A stretch of DNA of 64,000 nucleotides, from positions 1,996,540 through 2,060,539 of the forward strand of contig NW_019091359.1 in assembly GCF_001949145.1 (NCBI RefSeq), read 5' to 3'. Under the pieces are notes generated by a model. The model did not search any database. It was not told the DNA's origin and saw nothing but the letters and a program-made list of their open reading frames with translations. Shown here one piece after another: positions 62,451 through 64,000 of this stretch; the first letter of the stretch is position 1; each line of letters starts with the position of its first letter. The stretch is from Acanthaster planci. Taxonomy: Eukaryota. The position numbers and the translations under genes are program-made.

Positions 62451-63089
62451 TTTTATATCCAATCAAATGTTCCCCAGGCATGGGAAGGGGGGCTGATCAA
62501 ACGGGCAGAATTTCTGAAAGAGCCATGCCCAGCTTTGAAGTGTGATCTGTTGTTGGCAAATAACTGCGAGGAGCTTCCCCAAGCAAATCCGGCTAAATAG
62601 GGCCCCCCCCGCCGAAAAGCTCCGGCTAATCCCCGCCAACAGTATTTCCATTCTCTAGAAATCATAATGGGACAATGAGGTGCCGAGCAGCTTAGAGTGC
62701 TAGGGCAAGGTGTGTGTGTCGGCACCCTCTGAGACTTAACATCCACTGACCTAAATTACAGCTTGATGATATTTATATGGCCCTGGGGATCTTCTAGCTT
62801 AGCCAAGAGTTGTAAAGGAGCAAGACAAGTCACGCTTTCCTGAAGAAAATACTGTTTCAGTGTGTACCAAGCTTGTTAAATGGCTGTTGTCAGGTACAAG
62901 CTATGTAATGCCTTTGTCTGGCATTGTTTGAAATTGCTTATTCATTTGGAAGGAGAGATATTATTTTCTTCTTTGACATGACTCCAGGACCAGGTTGAAC
63001 CTTAATTCCAAGTAGGTCAGTGATAGATTGAAAAAAAATTGTCAGCCCTAATATAGCTGACGAAGTGTCTGTTTCATGTATAAGCCCTT

Positions 63090-63340
63090 AATTGATAAAA
63101 TCAGACGACCAATCAATTCAGTGTTACTCCACATTCTCATGCGCATTGCATCCAGAGCCAACTCAGATCATTTTGGAAGTGTTTGAAGCTTTTAACCTGT
63201 TGACCCTGTCATTAATGGGACCACAAATTTCATGTGACTTGATTCTCATACCTAATCCGTACCTTGTTAGCTCTTCAAAATCTTGAAAAAATTCCTGAAG
63301 CCTCACAGTATTTTGTAGATGTCAGACCTATTGATATGCC
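63090..63340 (+). mobile_element. Possible CR1/L2 endonuclease remnant (sense strand)
   Basis: IILEVFEAFNLLTLSLMGP..CDLILIPNPYLVSS resembles 'L++++.FNL.Q++..PT.....DLILTN.P.LV'. Confidence 0.3.
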
Positions 63341-64000
63341 CCTCTGTTTGGTGTTCTGTGGACTTCTTCTCATCTTCTGATCTGTCTTCAACACATCTGT
63401 ATTGGCATTTTCACGCCAGCCTGTCTTCAGACAAGTTCATGTCACCAGTGTGTATGAGTCCCATCCCAGCTTTCCAATTTTAAAAGCCACCAGAGGCCAT
63501 TATTTAGAGGCGGAGAGCTTGGGTGTCATCTTTTGTCATCCAGCTGTTTCTATTGCAATTCACAGATCCCGCAGTCTGTGTAGAAATTTATAAAGCCAGA
63601 GAAAATTCAGTCTTGCATTTGTGGTGGCAATGTTTTGGGGGGAATATTGCTGTCTGGAGCCCTGGGGAAATGTCACTGCCAGAAAGAGGGCTGTGTTTTC
63701 CTCAGCCTTCTTAAATTCACTACCTGTGTCCATCCCCCTTCGGCTTCTATTTGCGATTCATCACTCTAAAAAGTGCTGTATGCAAACGGGCGATGACAGT
63801 TGGTTTTTTCTCTTTCACAAGCGTCTGTACTTGTTTCCTTTGACCTTCCACTTGCCCCCATTAACACATACCTCAGGACTCTGTCAGTGCTCCAAGTCCA
63901 GTGGTTGCCAGGAGCGTGGCGGAGTAGAAATGATCTCTAAAAAGCTTTCCAATGGAGACCCTCCGTTGGTTGCCCGGAGATGGTGCCTTTAGCTGATGTG

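Overview
This is eukaryotic (animal) genomic DNA of roughly 40% GC with two assembly gaps (29041-29807 and 46552-47138). It has no intact long ORF, operon, tRNA/rRNA or CRISPR array. The MITE spectrum and abundant TACATGTA words resemble marine invertebrate genomes, possibly a sea star (inference only). The window reads as the interior of a very large + strand intron: about 20 of 22 recognisable decayed retroelement fragments (RTE, CR1/L2, Tx1/L1, Penelope-like) are antisense, and the splice signals of note are on +. It carries non-autonomous DNA transposons of several superfamilies (Tc1/mariner-, hAT-, hAT5-, piggyBac-, Sola2- and Harbinger-like), one plausible alternative first coding exon (44250-44363), and clusters of RFX X-box and CTCF-like motifs. 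The best leads are (1) a candidate recursive splice site (CAG|GTAAG at 35454-35461) behind a ~150-nt AG-free zone headed by stacked CTGAC branch-point motifs, (2) at least 26 TACATGTA octamers that match Tc1-type excision footprints, and (3) a tandem double X-box/AP-1/CTCF module at 15.6-15.85 kb. All protein-family assignments are by-eye motif recognition, not database hits, and retroelement boundaries are approximate.
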